Shown one piece after another: positions 37,703 through 49,242 of a stretch of 64,000 nt of DNA. This DNA comes from an uncultured virus (IMG/VR IMGVR_UViG_3300009161_006655). Lineage: Duplodnaviria > Heunggongvirae > Uroviricota > Caudoviricetes. Numbering within the stretch: the stretch's first letter is position 1; each line of letters opens with the position of its first letter. The notes beneath the pieces are model-generated. The model ran no database searches, was not told the DNA's origin, and was given only the letters and a program-made list of their open reading frames with translations. The DNA is taken from IMG/VR virus record IMGVR_UViG_3300009161_006655; one strand, written 5' to 3'. The translations under genes and the position numbers were made by a program.

Positions 37703-38090
37703 TATTTATATAGTTCGTTCTCACTTTGAGAACTATGACTCGACAAGTTGGAAAATTATTGGTTTATTTACTAATAAGAAAATAGCGGAAGAAATTGCCA
37801 AAAAATGGGAAGACTTCTATGAAGAAAAAATGTATAATATTTTCAATGAACCAAAAGATTGGAAACCAACATCAGAGGATTTACAATATGGTGGCGAGTG
37901 GTATGAGTCTGAAGAATACTCTCAAAGAACCGCTAGATACTCTGAAGTAATGGACTTTCGAGAAATTGTTATTGAAGAATTTGAATTAAATAAAGATAGG
38001 TCTTTAGAAGATACATCCGTAAATGAATACCTTTTGAGTTTAATGACACAGTGGGATAGAAACCATAAATTAGAAAAAATAATCAAATAA
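37695..38090 (+). CDS. hypothetical protein with C-terminal RNHKLEKII motif
   Basis: ORF track. Confidence 0.65.
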   Translation: MDSIYIVRSHFENYDSTSWKIIGLFTNKKIAEEIAKKWEDFYEEKMYNIFNEPKDWKPTSEDLQYGGEWYESEEYSQRTARYSEVMDFREIVIEEFELNKDRSLEDTSVNEYLLSLMTQWDRNHKLEKIIK

Positions 38091-39421
<1,331 letters not shown>

Positions 39422-39422
<1 letters not shown>

Positions 39423-39622
39423 TGATAAATTTGGAATTGTTGACTGAATTCACACATGAAGATTTGAGATATAAATCTGTTATAAAGGTTGTATCTTATA
39501 GAATAAATGTTAACTGGATAGAACTACAATTTCAAAATGTGATGGGAGAGGTTGTTAAGTTAGAAAGATATTATAACTGGTTACAATCAAGGAGAGAAGA
39601 AAAAATAAATCAAATTTTATGA
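39422..39622 (+). CDS. hypothetical protein with C-terminal REEKINQIL motif
   Basis: ORF track. Confidence 0.6.
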
Positions 39623-39667
39623 TACAAGATAAAATAAAAATAATAAAAAAATCCGTATATTTGTAGT

Positions 39668-40120
39668 ATGAAATTTTCAGATAAAAAGAGAGTGTATGTT
39701 GATATGGATGGTGTTCTTTGTAACTTTTACAAAGCCGCTAAACAAGCTCTTACTGATAATCCAAAACAAAAATATCCACAATCACAATGGGGATTCTTTT
39801 TGAAACTGGAAGAAATTCCCGGTGCTATTGAAGGCTTCAGAAAACTTGAAGAAAAATATGACTTGTGGATTTTAACACGTCCTTCATTTAGAAACGTAAA
39901 TTGTTATACTGAAAAGGCTCAATGGATTTGGGACCACTTAGGTTTTGATATCGTTGAGAAAACAATTATGGCACCAAATAAATCTTTCTTAAAAGGTGAT
40001 TATCTTATTGATGATATGGGTAATGCTGGTCAAGAAGAATTTGAAGGAGAATGGATCCACTTTAAAACAGAAAAGTTCCCCAATTGGGAAACTGTTGTAG
40101 AATATTTGATGAGTAAATAA
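39668..40120 (+). CDS. 5'(3')-deoxyribonucleotidase (NT5C, HAD family)
   Basis: VDMDGVL, EK..W, K..LKGDYLIDD. Confidence 0.88.
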   Translation: MKFSDKKRVYVDMDGVLCNFYKAAKQALTDNPKQKYPQSQWGFFLKLEEIPGAIEGFRKLEEKYDLWILTRPSFRNVNCYTEKAQWIWDHLGFDIVEKTIMAPNKSFLKGDYLIDDMGNAGQEEFEGEWIHFKTEKFPNWETVVEYLMSK

Positions 40121-40510
40121 TTACTCTTCTATTGGCTTATCTTCATCATCTTTTAATAACCCTCTATGGTCTTTAGGTAAAAAATCAAATCCATATTTCT
40201 TTCCAAGCATTATTAATAAAGGTGTTATTGGTAGTGGGATTGGAATTCCAGCAATAGCAACTAGTGGTAAAATCCTAACAATATCCATAGATTGAGCTCT
40301 TAAAAAAGTTTTTTCTTTTTCAGATACTTCTTCTCCTTTTATCATTCTTGATAATATATTCACAGCTATCTTAGTTTCTTCTCCTTCAACTTTGGTAGCT
40401 GTCCAAGTATCAGAAGCCATTTTACCACCTTTCTTAATTAAATCATTAAGATAAGCTCCAACTTTTTCCATCCCTTCATTGAAAGTCTTGAATTTTTTTA
40501 TTTTTTTCAT
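40121..40510 (-). CDS. membrane protein (LETM1-like hairpin) with capsid-targeting-like N-terminus
   Basis: MKKIKKFKTFNE; DIVRILPLVAIAGIP...FLP. Confidence 0.55.
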   Translation of the reverse strand: MKKIKKFKTFNEGMEKVGAYLNDLIKKGGKMASDTWTATKVEGEETKIAVNILSRMIKGEEVSEKEKTFLRAQSMDIVRILPLVAIAGIPIPLPITPLLIMLGKKYGFDFLPKDHRGLLKDDEDKPIEE

Positions 40511-40640
40511 ATAAACTTATATATTAAATATAGTAAAATACTATATGTGTTATTTTGGTGTGCTTTTCATGCAACATCATGATGATACTATATAAATAAT
40601 AAATTTGGAAAGTCCGAATTTATTTAATATATTTGTGATT

Positions 40641-41393
40641 ATGAGAATTTTTTATTTAGGAGACATACATGGAAATTTTAATTTGATACATCAATATGTA
40701 AAGAAGTATGATATTAATGACGCTCATATAATTCAAATAGGTGACTTTGGTGTTGGATTTACAACATTTGAAAAAGAAAAACGAATGCTTGAAATGTATC
40801 ACACACAACTTGTTAAGAACAATGTTCATGTGTGGGCTATTCGTGGTAATCATGACTACAAACCTTACTTTGATAATGACCCTTTTGGATTTACTAACAT
40901 TCACTTAGTAGCAGATTATACTGTACTTAACTTAGCTGATAAAAATATTCTTTGTATTGGTGGAGCTGTCAGTGTTGATCGTGAGTGGCGTTACACAAAG
41001 AAACAAAAACTAGGTATATTTGAAAATCATACTTTAGGAGTTGAAAGCTGGTGGCCTGATGAAGTTTTTGTTTTAGAGGAAAACAAACTTAAAGACTTGC
41101 GAGATATTAATATCATGGTAACACATACTTGTCCGGACTATTGCCCACCTGATAATACATTTGGCTTGGGTCCATTTGTAGAAGGTATAATTAAAGACAC
41201 TGGTGATACTGAATTAAGAACTGATTTACTTTTTGAACGTAATCAAGTTACTCAAGCTTTCAGTATTGTTAAAATGAATAATGATATTGAGTATGCTTAC
41301 TATGGACACTTTCATAGAAGTGATGATATAACAATGTATGGAACTAAACACCGATTACTAGGAGTCGGGGAACTTTGGGAAGAGAGAGATTAA
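40641..41393 (+). CDS. calcineurin-like metallophosphoesterase
   Basis: GDIHG, GDFG, RGNHD, THTCP, GHFH. Confidence 0.9.
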   Translation: MRIFYLGDIHGNFNLIHQYVKKYDINDAHIIQIGDFGVGFTTFEKEKRMLEMYHTQLVKNNVHVWAIRGNHDYKPYFDNDPFGFTNIHLVADYTVLNLADKNILCIGGAVSVDREWRYTKKQKLGIFENHTLGVESWWPDEVFVLEENKLKDLRDINIMVTHTCPDYCPPDNTFGLGPFVEGIIKDTGDTELRTDLLFERNQVTQAFSIVKMNNDIEYAYYGHFHRSDDITMYGTKHRLLGVGELWEERD

Positions 41394-41419
41394 CTCTCTC
41401 TTCTTTTTAATTTTTTATT

Positions 41420-41614
41420 ATGAGAAGTCAAACTGTAATTTGTATTCGTTGGAAACTAACCGGTAGGATTGAGGTATTCGTCAATCTAGGAAAACTGTTT
41501 ACAAGTTATTCAGGTAATCAATTAGGTGTAAGTCGTTCAACTTTAGATAGAAAGAATTTATTTGACGGGTATCAAAACGATACTATTGAAATTTTTAAAT
41601 CCTACGTTAGGTAG
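41420..41614 (+). CDS. hypothetical protein (possible HTH)
   Basis: QLGVSRSTL. Confidence 0.5.
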   Translation: MRSQTVICIRWKLTGRIEVFVNLGKLFTSYSGNQLGVSRSTLDRKNLFDGYQNDTIEIFKSYVR

Positions 41615-42257
41615 TAATAACTTCTATATAAGCTTTTTCTTCATTCGGATAGATAACAACACTATCACCTTGAGTTCTTACTTGATATTCTCTATCCTCT
41701 CTAAAAGGATTTAATTCAGCCATAATTAAATTATAAAATTCAGCAGTAACTTGATTATCTCTTTTATTTAAAACTATTTCTAAATCATTAGTTTCGTTAT
41801 ATTCATTATAACTAGATTCATTATCCCATTTAATCACTCTAAGTCCTCTTGAATTAAAAAATCTTTCAACTTCGTTCATTCTAACAGTAAGTTGTCTACT
41901 TTCATAACCTTTAATAAATTTGAATGTATCATCACCAGTATCTTTAGGTACTAATTCAATTCTAAGTTCATCAGTTAAACTCATATTGATATTATAATTT
42001 TCTAATCTATCAGCTGCTGAAAGAACGTCATCAATTTCTTCTACAATATCTTTTAACTTTTGAATAAGTTGAGTAGCTTCTTGTAAAACAGAAAGATTTA
42101 ATTTAATATCCCAAGATATGTTCCACTTTGTTCCTGTTCCATAATTTGATGAATTTATACTAGGTTCGCCAAACTTATCAGTTATATAAGCAAAGTTTTC
42201 TAAGATGTCTAATTTTTCATCTTCTTTGGACTCATTAAATCTTTTTAAATGTTTCAT
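41607..42257 (-). CDS. hypothetical protein with capsid-targeting-like N-terminus
   Basis: MKHLKRFNES; TAATATATA upstream. Confidence 0.7.
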   Translation of the reverse strand: MKHLKRFNESKEDEKLDILENFAYITDKFGEPSINSSNYGTGTKWNISWDIKLNLSVLQEATQLIQKLKDIVEEIDDVLSAADRLENYNINMSLTDELRIELVPKDTGDDTFKFIKGYESRQLTVRMNEVERFFNSRGLRVIKWDNESSYNEYNETNDLEIVLNKRDNQVTAEFYNLIMAELNPFREDREYQVRTQGDSVVIYPNEEKAYIEVITT

Positions 42258-42309
42258 TATAGTATATATATTATTTGGTAGAATTGAAAAAAATTTCTAT
42301 CTTTATATT

Positions 42310-42726
42310 ATGAAATTTATTAAAATAGAAACAGAACATACAATGGCTCAATTAGATTCTATATCTGATTCTATTTTAGGAGCTGATTCTAATATCTTAA
42401 CTGATATTTATAATAAACATGATTATATTAACTTAAAAAATGATATTGGTAATACTTACACATATATAATTATTGATTCTAAATTAGATGAATTAATAGA
42501 AATCTATAACAAATACAATGTTAAGTTTATTACACAAGATATAACTAAAGAAGTTTTATTTAATTTGGTTAAGTCTGATGGTTTTGTTTATGATAGTTTT
42601 ATCAATAAATTCATAGACAATTATATTAACAGTAATATAGATGTTGATGTTGTCTTAGATAAGATAAATGAGTTGGGCATTAGTTCATTAAATGAAAGAG
42701 ATAATTCAGTATTAAAAAATATTTAA
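42310..42726 (+). CDS. hypothetical protein
   Basis: Start moved to MKFIK; C-terminal VDVVLDKINELGISSL. Confidence 0.6.
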   Translation: MKFIKIETEHTMAQLDSISDSILGADSNILTDIYNKHDYINLKNDIGNTYTYIIIDSKLDELIEIYNKYNVKFITQDITKEVLFNLVKSDGFVYDSFINKFIDNYINSNIDVDVVLDKINELGISSLNERDNSVLKNI

Positions 42727-42760
42727 AATGAAAAAAGAGTGATTTCTCACTCTTTTTTAA

Positions 42761-43051
42761 TTAATTCCAGTTTCCACTATTAGCTCCACTTGATACTACA
42801 TATTTACCATCTTTGTCAGAATAAGAAAGGTTTTGTAGGATTAAATCATCTTTTACATATTTGGGGTTTTCTTTGAGAAAATTCATTAAAGCTGTTTTTT
42901 TAACTTCATCATCTTGAATACTTTTTAGTAACATTTTACGAGTTGGGTGAGAAGTTAAATATTTATTAATTTCTTCATCTGTTAGTGGTTTTGAGAACCA
43001 ACCCTCATTTATATCTGTTGAATATTGTTCAAATGTTTTAACGTATTTCAT
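42761..43051 (-). CDS. hypothetical protein with capsid-targeting-like N-terminus
   Basis: MKYVKTFEQYSTDINE. Confidence 0.65.
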   Translation of the reverse strand: MKYVKTFEQYSTDINEGWFSKPLTDEEINKYLTSHPTRKMLLKSIQDDEVKKTALMNFLKENPKYVKDDLILQNLSYSDKDGKYVVSSGANSGNWN

Positions 43052-43216
43052 AGTTAATTTATAATTTTTATAATGTATATATTATATATTAAAATTGATT
43101 TTTTATATATACATCATAACTGCGTCTCAAGTGTGTATGGTATTTTGAGTTTGAGAGACGTAAGTCAAAACCTATTAACAATATGGAACCTGGTCCCACG
43201 ATAAACAAAAATAAAA

Positions 43217-43498
43217 ATGACAAAAACAAAATTAGCAACATTGTTCCTAATGTTGGGGATGTTTTTCAACCCCTTTGGATTCGACGCTATTCAGATAATG
43301 CTGATGAAATTAACTGGTTCTTACTTAGGAGCCAATTTAGTATTATATTGCCTTGCGGGATCCTGTTTTGGATTTTACTTTTACTTCTCTGGTAACAATC
43401 CATTTTTAATGATGAAGGATATTATAGTAAGTATCTATCAAGACAAGATTAAACACCACTACGAAAAAATTAAAATAAAAAAAGAGAGTCAAAAATGA
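43217..43498 (+). CDS. small membrane protein
   Basis: Two hydrophobic segments, FNPFGFD. Confidence 0.6.
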   Translation: MTKTKLATLFLMLGMFFNPFGFDAIQIMLMKLTGSYLGANLVLYCLAGSCFGFYFYFSGNNPFLMMKDIIVSIYQDKIKHHYEKIKIKKESQK

Positions 43499-43527
43499 CT
43501 CTCTTTTTTTTGTATCCGTTTCAGTTA

Positions 43528-44364
43528 TTATACTAATTCTTCAACTTCTTTTTCTGTTGTTAGTAACTCCCAAGCTCTTGCCATTCTAGTTAATCCAATT
43601 CCTCCACCAAATCTTGGGAAGAAATTATAAGATAAGAATAGTTCTAATTCAGACTCAACTCTTTCTTTACCGAATAGTTCAAATAACTTAGCAGCATATT
43701 TACCATTTTCGATTGTATAGAAATTATGTTTCATTTCTTCTACATCACAGCTTCTTTCTGCTGATCCAATTGTTTCTTGACCATAAAGAATAACATCTAC
43801 TTTATTAAAGATGTTAGTTTCATTGTGTTTCATATTCCAAAAAGGATTAGTTCTTAATGGGAAATTTTGTAAAGAAACTACAGATCCTTTTTCTTTCCAC
43901 ATTCTACTTTCGTGTTCATCTTCTAAGATTTCAACACCACCATATTCTTGACAAACTTCATCGTAGTTTACTTCTACTGGTGAATCAAAACCTAAATGTG
44001 CTAATAGTTCAGATTCTAGTTTAAGTAATTCTTTCATTCCACCTTTTGATTCGAATTCAAACATAGGGAAGATTAATTCGTGTCTTCCAGGAATAGGATT
44101 TTTTTCTTGACGATAAGATGTTGAAATACAAAAACATCCTTCCCAATGAGGATTCTTTAATAGTTCGTGTTCTAACCACATTTGTCCTGTTTGGGGAAGA
44201 GGCCAAATTTCACCGTTGTAGTTAAAAGTGGCAATTGAGTGAGGGTTTTCACAAGCTGCTAAGATTGACAGTCTTGATTGTGTCGGTACTTCGTAGAAGT
44301 TTTTTGACAAAAAAAATTCTCTCATTTTTTGAACGAGAGAGTTGTACGCTAAAGTGTTATTCAT
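43528..44364 (-). CDS. class II aaRS catalytic-domain paralogue (AsnRS-related asparagine synthetase type)
   Basis: LPQTGQMWLE, STSYRQE..RH..F.MFEFE, ETIGSAER, RFGGGIGLTR; no anticodon-binding domain. Confidence 0.8.
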   Translation of the reverse strand: MNNTLAYNSLVQKMREFFLSKNFYEVPTQSRLSILAACENPHSIATFNYNGEIWPLPQTGQMWLEHELLKNPHWEGCFCISTSYRQEKNPIPGRHELIFPMFEFESKGGMKELLKLESELLAHLGFDSPVEVNYDEVCQEYGGVEILEDEHESRMWKEKGSVVSLQNFPLRTNPFWNMKHNETNIFNKVDVILYGQETIGSAERSCDVEEMKHNFYTIENGKYAAKLFELFGKERVESELELFLSYNFFPRFGGGIGLTRMARAWELLTTEKEVEELV

Positions 44365-44452
44365 AGGATTTTTTTTTTGAGCCAAGAAATGAATCCTGAC
44401 CCTAATTTAATTATATATCATGAAACGTGTCTTTTGTTTAGCGAAAAATGAA

Positions 44453-45160
44453 TTATTTTACAATTTTTTTAACAAATTTATAAGCAATTCCAAAAGTTAA
44501 ATTGTTAATCATCTGAACATCACTGATGCTCCTAAAGTTCATCTGATCTTGTATAATAAAGTTAAGAGGTTTACCTGGAAATAAAGTTAATTTAGTAGTA
44601 CCATAAATAATACAATCATTGAAATCTTTAATATTCGGTTGATAGTAATATTCGGTTGATAATCCAAATGACTTCTTTTCTATTTTTATTTTAGCTCTAA
44701 TAGAATGTCTTAATTTATTTGTAGTTAGATTAACCATATAGTCAGTATTCTGATAAAGAAAAGCATATGATAAAGAAACTTTACCCCAATTAAACTTTTC
44801 TTTAACACCACCACCAATACCTAACCAGTTGTCTGCTTGGATACTTCTAACCAGTGAATAGTTATATTGATATGTTGTGAATAAATCCCAATGCTCTTTG
44901 TTATATCCAAAGTTTGCTTTTTGAATTAATTCATTTTGTGATAATTGTGGTGTATATTGAACGTTATAATTTGTTCCTAAATCCAAAGCAATGTGTTTGC
45001 CAAAATCAAATGAGTTATTGCCTGTAAAGTTGATTCCAACTATATTTGATTTTCCTTGATTTAAACTTCCTGATAAGCTATTATCTAGAGTAATTTCAGT
45101 TTGTGCTCCAACTGAAATCGATAAAAGTAAAGATGATATTATGATTATTAATTTCTTCAT
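44453..45160 (-). CDS. outer-membrane beta-barrel protein (DUF481-like)
   Basis: Signal peptide, amphipathic strands, YYQP, GIAYKF. Confidence 0.65.
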   Translation of the reverse strand: MKKLIIIISSLLLSISVGAQTEITLDNSLSGSLNQGKSNIVGINFTGNNSFDFGKHIALDLGTNYNVQYTPQLSQNELIQKANFGYNKEHWDLFTTYQYNYSLVRSIQADNWLGIGGGVKEKFNWGKVSLSYAFLYQNTDYMVNLTTNKLRHSIRAKIKIEKKSFGLSTEYYYQPNIKDFNDCIIYGTTKLTLFPGKPLNFIIQDQMNFRSISDVQMINNLTFGIAYKFVKKIVK

Positions 45161-45237
45161 GTGTAGTGGTTTTTTTGTTAACATATATATAAAAATCAAT
45201 TTAGAATAAAAATATATAAAAATAAAAATTAATCACT

Positions 45238-45384
45238 ATGGCTAAGGCAAAAACAACATCCGTATCATCAAATTTTCTTTCTAAGTCTAAAGTAAAAAGA
45301 CCGGGAATACATTCTAAAAAGAAATCATCAAAGGGTAAAAATACCACTAACTATAAAAAGGCTTATAGAGGACAAGGTAAATAG
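45238..45384 (+). CDS. small basic protein (48 aa, ends YKKAYRGQGK)
   Basis: Translated by hand. Confidence 0.6.
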   Translation: MAKAKTTSVSSNFLSKSKVKRPGIHSKKKSSKGKNTTNYKKAYRGQGK

Positions 45385-45399
45385 TGAATATATATCTAT

Positions 45400-45735
45400 A
45401 TGGATATTATATTACAGATTTTTTGGGTGAATATTTTGTTATTTATTTGGTTTGAAACAGATGCTTTTGTTGAGTATATCAAGCTTTTGAAATTAAATAT
45501 TTTCAAAATAAAACAATTTGAAGAGTATAAATTAATCAATCCAAAGATATCTTACCATTCCTACATTAGACAAAAACATGCAAGTTTTTTCACAAGGTTA
45601 TTAACTTGTGTTCCTTGTATGTGCTTTTGGGTCGTTGTTATAATTTGTTTAATGTTTAATAGTTTTTATTTTTATCCTATAATATACATATCAAGTTATG
45701 TGCTATATAAATTATTAAGAAAGTATGTCTATTAA
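45400..45735 (+). CDS. membrane protein with CxxC
   Basis: LLTCVPCMCFW. Confidence 0.6.
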   Translation: MDIILQIFWVNILLFIWFETDAFVEYIKLLKLNIFKIKQFEEYKLINPKISYHSYIRQKHASFFTRLLTCVPCMCFWVVVIICLMFNSFYFYPIIYISSYVLYKLLRKYVY

Positions 45736-45991
45736 AGTATCAAAGATTCTACAAATAAATTCTATTGATTATCTTTACAAAATATTGAGAGATGATGATG
45801 TGTTGATAAGTAAAAATAATATTTTTCAGATATTTTTAGACCACATGACAGATTATTACTTCGGTTGTAAATGTATGGAAGAAGAGTATTTATCTCTTTG
45901 TAAGTTAGAATACAACAATATATCTAAAAACGAAGATGTAATTTATTCTATTAGAGAACACTTTGAATGTGATGATGTTATATTTTCATAA
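45725..45991 (+). CDS. hypothetical protein
   Basis: ORF track. Confidence 0.55.
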   Translation: MSIKVSKILQINSIDYLYKILRDDDVLISKNNIFQIFLDHMTDYYFGCKCMEEEYLSLCKLEYNNISKNEDVIYSIREHFECDDVIFS

Positions 45992-45994
45992 AAT

Positions 45995-46024
45995 AAAAAA
46001 CCCACTCAATGAGTGGGTTTTTTT
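45995..46024. terminator. bidirectional intrinsic terminator
   Basis: aaaaacccactca-a-tgagtgggttttttt. Confidence 0.8.
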
Positions 46025-46050
46025 GTAATCTAATATTTCAATAATTGAAA

Positions 46051-46467
46051 TTATACAACTTCAACAACTTCGATATCAAAGATTAACTCTTTTCCAGCGA
46101 ATGGGTGATTACCATCAATGACAACGTGGTCTTCATTAACTTCTTTAACCATAACATTAATTGGAGCTCCTTGTTCTCCCTGTGCTTGAAGAGATTGACC
46201 TACTTCAACTGGACCAGGTAATTGGTCATTTGGAACTTTTACTAATAAGTCTTCTCTGATTTGGCCATAAGCTTCTTCAGGTTGAATATTTACTGTAACT
46301 TTATCCCCAACTTTTTTACCAATTAACGCACTTTCGAATCCTGGAATAATCTGACCAGAACCTACGGTAAATGTTAATGGTGCTTTTCCTTCAGAAGAGT
46401 CGAACACTTCTCCGTCTGTAAGTCTTCCTGTGTAATGTACGTTTACCGTACTTCCGTCTTGAATCAT
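46051..46467 (-). CDS. slyD: FKBP-type peptidyl-prolyl isomerase, SlyD-like without His-rich tail
   Basis: VHYTGRL.DGEVFDSS, IIPGFE, PEEAYG, DGNHP.AGK. Confidence 0.88.
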   Translation of the reverse strand: MIQDGSTVNVHYTGRLTDGEVFDSSEGKAPLTFTVGSGQIIPGFESALIGKKVGDKVTVNIQPEEAYGQIREDLLVKVPNDQLPGPVEVGQSLQAQGEQGAPINVMVKEVNEDHVVIDGNHPFAGKELIFDIEVVEVV

Positions 46468-46511
46468 TTTGAATAGTTTTTTTTATTTGTATATCTAAAT
46501 ATAATAAAAGT

Positions 46512-47507
46512 TTAATCTATTCTAGTCATTCTAAATGATTCAAATGTTTTAATCCATTTTTTAGATTCCATAGTTAAATCAGGATTTCCTAAAACTCTCT
46601 TAATAATTTCAAATGCTTCTTCTTTAGTTTTTCCAGATATTTCTTTATTAATCTGACCAATTTGAGGTCCTTTTGCTCCAAATTTCATAATCTCTTGAGC
46701 AGTAAACAAAACAGGCGCTTTTTCGGCTTTAATCTCAACCAATTCTGACCTTTTGAATTGGTCTCTTAGTGGACATTCCTCATCCCATTTATCATAAGAT
46801 GGATTATCCCATTTTAAAGATTCTGCATTAAAATCATTACCCATATTATCCATTTTAGAAAATACACATAGTTTCCAAAAAGCTTTTGATTTTTCATTAT
46901 TATCAGTACCTGGTGATTCAGCAAATATTTTAAACTTTGTATTTGGATTTAATTCACCACCTTCTGATGGTCCACCAGTTGCACTTGCTAACCAACCTTT
47001 AATAACCATATGTTTAGAACATATATAAACAACTAACTCATTAGCACCACCAGCAGAAGCTGACTCAGCACCTGCTTTATCATGACCTAAAGAAGTTGGC
47101 CATCCTGCCTTATTAAAAGAAACCGTATCAAACTTTGCAATATCGTGATAAAGAGCAGCTGTAATCAAATCTTGATCACCAGTTTCAATTCCTCTACTCA
47201 TAACTATCTTAATATGAACTAATGAGTTTCTTTCAGCATGCCATTTAGGATTCTCATTGATATAAACATTTCTAAGCAATTGTTTTTTTAAATCATCACC
47301 TAATCCTTTTATAAGAGAGTCACAAACTGAAAAATTAGAGTTGTATTTATTTTCAAGATCCATACTAACTGGCTTTTCAGTTCTCATAGATTCAGCATTA
47401 CCTAACGCCTCATCAACTATTGTTTTTTGAACATCATTCAAAGTAACACCTTCAAGTGGATCAATTCCCCATTGGTCTTTTATTGTTTTAGCACTATCAT
47501 TCTCCAT
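46512..47507 (-). CDS. HD-domain phosphohydrolase resembling the HD/tail part of CCA-adding enzymes
   Basis: NPKWHAE...H, AALYHDIAK, GHDKAG, KHM, GPQIGQI; C-terminal KWIKTFESF. Confidence 0.65.
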   Translation of the reverse strand: MENDSAKTIKDQWGIDPLEGVTLNDVQKTIVDEALGNAESMRTEKPVSMDLENKYNSNFSVCDSLIKGLGDDLKKQLLRNVYINENPKWHAERNSLVHIKIVMSRGIETGDQDLITAALYHDIAKFDTVSFNKAGWPTSLGHDKAGAESASAGGANELVVYICSKHMVIKGWLASATGGPSEGGELNPNTKFKIFAESPGTDNNEKSKAFWKLCVFSKMDNMGNDFNAESLKWDNPSYDKWDEECPLRDQFKRSELVEIKAEKAPVLFTAQEIMKFGAKGPQIGQINKEISGKTKEEAFEIIKRVLGNPDLTMESKKWIKTFESFRMTRID

Positions 47508-47558
47508 AGAGATTATTTAATTTTTATTATATATTAAAATAATTTATGAAAAACATTA

Positions 47559-48278
47559 TTAACAATATAATAATTCAATATCACCGTCTAAAGTTTCAAT
47601 CAAATAAGAACACGACTCACAGAAATCCCCACAGTTATAGTATCTCTCCTCAATAGCTGGTGTATGTATGTGTCCTATCATAATAGAATCACAATTAACT
47701 TCTTCTATTTTTTTAACTGCTAAGAATTTAAAATCATTTATAAAAGATATTGCATTCTTAACTTTATATTTTAAGTATTGAGATAGTGACCAATATTCCA
47801 TTCCAAATAATCTTCTTATAAAGTTATAAATTTTATTAATCTTAAAACTTAACTCATATGCCCAGTCTCCTAATATGTAAAGAAATGGATGTAGTCTTAT
47901 AAACCCGTCAAATTGATCACCGTGACATATGTATATCTTTTCACCTTTTAGTGTTTCATAATACATCTCATCACAAAGAGTAATATCACCTATATTCATA
48001 TCCTCTTCTTTAATTAAACCTCTTAGATAAAAATCATGATTACCTAGTATGTAAGTTACTTTAACTCCTTTTCTAGATGACCTTAATATCTTCTGTATTA
48101 CTGTAGAGTGATCTTGATTCCAATAAAATTTCTTTTTTAATGATGTTAAATCAATGAAGTCTCCGACAATTACTAAATTTTCATACTCATAGTTTTTTAA
48201 AACTTCAAGTAGTTTATCAGCTTGTGATTTGCTACTACCTAAGTGAACATCTGATATAAATAATGTTCTAATTTCCAT
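47559..48278 (-). CDS. LpxH-like metallophosphoesterase (UDP-2,3-diacylglucosamine diphosphatase family)
   Basis: FISDVHLG, GDFID, GNHD, HGDQFD, GHIH. Confidence 0.85.
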   Translation of the reverse strand: MEIRTLFISDVHLGSSKSQADKLLEVLKNYEYENLVIVGDFIDLTSLKKKFYWNQDHSTVIQKILRSSRKGVKVTYILGNHDFYLRGLIKEEDMNIGDITLCDEMYYETLKGEKIYICHGDQFDGFIRLHPFLYILGDWAYELSFKINKIYNFIRRLFGMEYWSLSQYLKYKVKNAISFINDFKFLAVKKIEEVNCDSIMIGHIHTPAIEERYYNCGDFCESCSYLIETLDGDIELLYC

Positions 48279-49242
48279 ATGTTTTAATTATTTTTTCTAC
48301 AATATTATAAATAGGATTTTCCCACTTATAATCTATTTTATCATATGATATTAACCAACTTCCTAAATTTACAATATTAAAATCTTTTGTATAAATTCCC
48401 ATTTCTTTAAGAGATATTGAATTTGATAATTGTTCATATTGATCTTTTAATGGTATAGACCAAAGTTTTTTACCAAGAATTAAAGCTTCTGATGTTGTTG
48501 AAAATCCAGATGCTGTAATTACACCTGTGCAATCTAAAATGTCTTTTTGAAAAGATGATTTGTTTAATTTTTTAATTTCAATATTATCAAAATTAGCATC
48601 TTCTTTAACCTCATCACTATAAATTTTAAAATTAATTTTTTTATATAAATTAACTTGTTTTATTATAAAATCTAAATTTAGAGATGGTAGATAAATTAAA
48701 TAAAAGTTTTTATCACTTGTTTTATTTTCTAGAAAAAATCTAGATATAAACGGAAGTTGAATATAATCATCATATGATTGATAGTGTAGTCCAATATAAT
48801 CATCACACTTAGCAAAATACTTTATGAATAATTTTGATATAAATTTTCTTTTATACTTTGGAGTATTTTTTGATATTAAAGAACATTGATTTGATATACC
48901 AATAGATTTAACTTTACATATTTTAGCTGACCAAGCACTGACCGGTTCAAAATCCGATATAACTAAATCATACTCAGATACATCATATTTTATATCTTTT
49001 AGTAATCTAATTAATTTAGATGATGAAATTGATTTTATCCAATCAATAGATCCAAATTTATTATAATAGATTGAAAATCCTTGAAAATGTTTTTTAACTT
49101 TAAATGGAATTTCTAAATTAGAATTGTTTCCAGATGTTATAATATCTACCTCACATCCTCTTTCTTTAAGAATTGAAATGAGTTCTATTGATCTTGTTAT
49201 GTGTCCATTTCCATTTAATTGTATACCATATAGTATCTTCAT
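48268..49242 (-). CDS. MJ1255/VC2487-type GT-B glycosyltransferase
   Basis: ILYGIQLNGNGHITRS, ISDFEP, GFSTTSEAL, QYEQ..N. Confidence 0.85.
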   Translation of the reverse strand: MKILYGIQLNGNGHITRSIELISILKERGCEVDIITSGNNSNLEIPFKVKKHFQGFSIYYNKFGSIDWIKSISSSKLIRLLKDIKYDVSEYDLVISDFEPVSAWSAKICKVKSIGISNQCSLISKNTPKYKRKFISKLFIKYFAKCDDYIGLHYQSYDDYIQLPFISRFFLENKTSDKNFYLIYLPSLNLDFIIKQVNLYKKINFKIYSDEVKEDANFDNIEIKKLNKSSFQKDILDCTGVITASGFSTTSEALILGKKLWSIPLKDQYEQLSNSISLKEMGIYTKDFNIVNLGSWLISYDKIDYKWENPIYNIVEKIIKTYGN

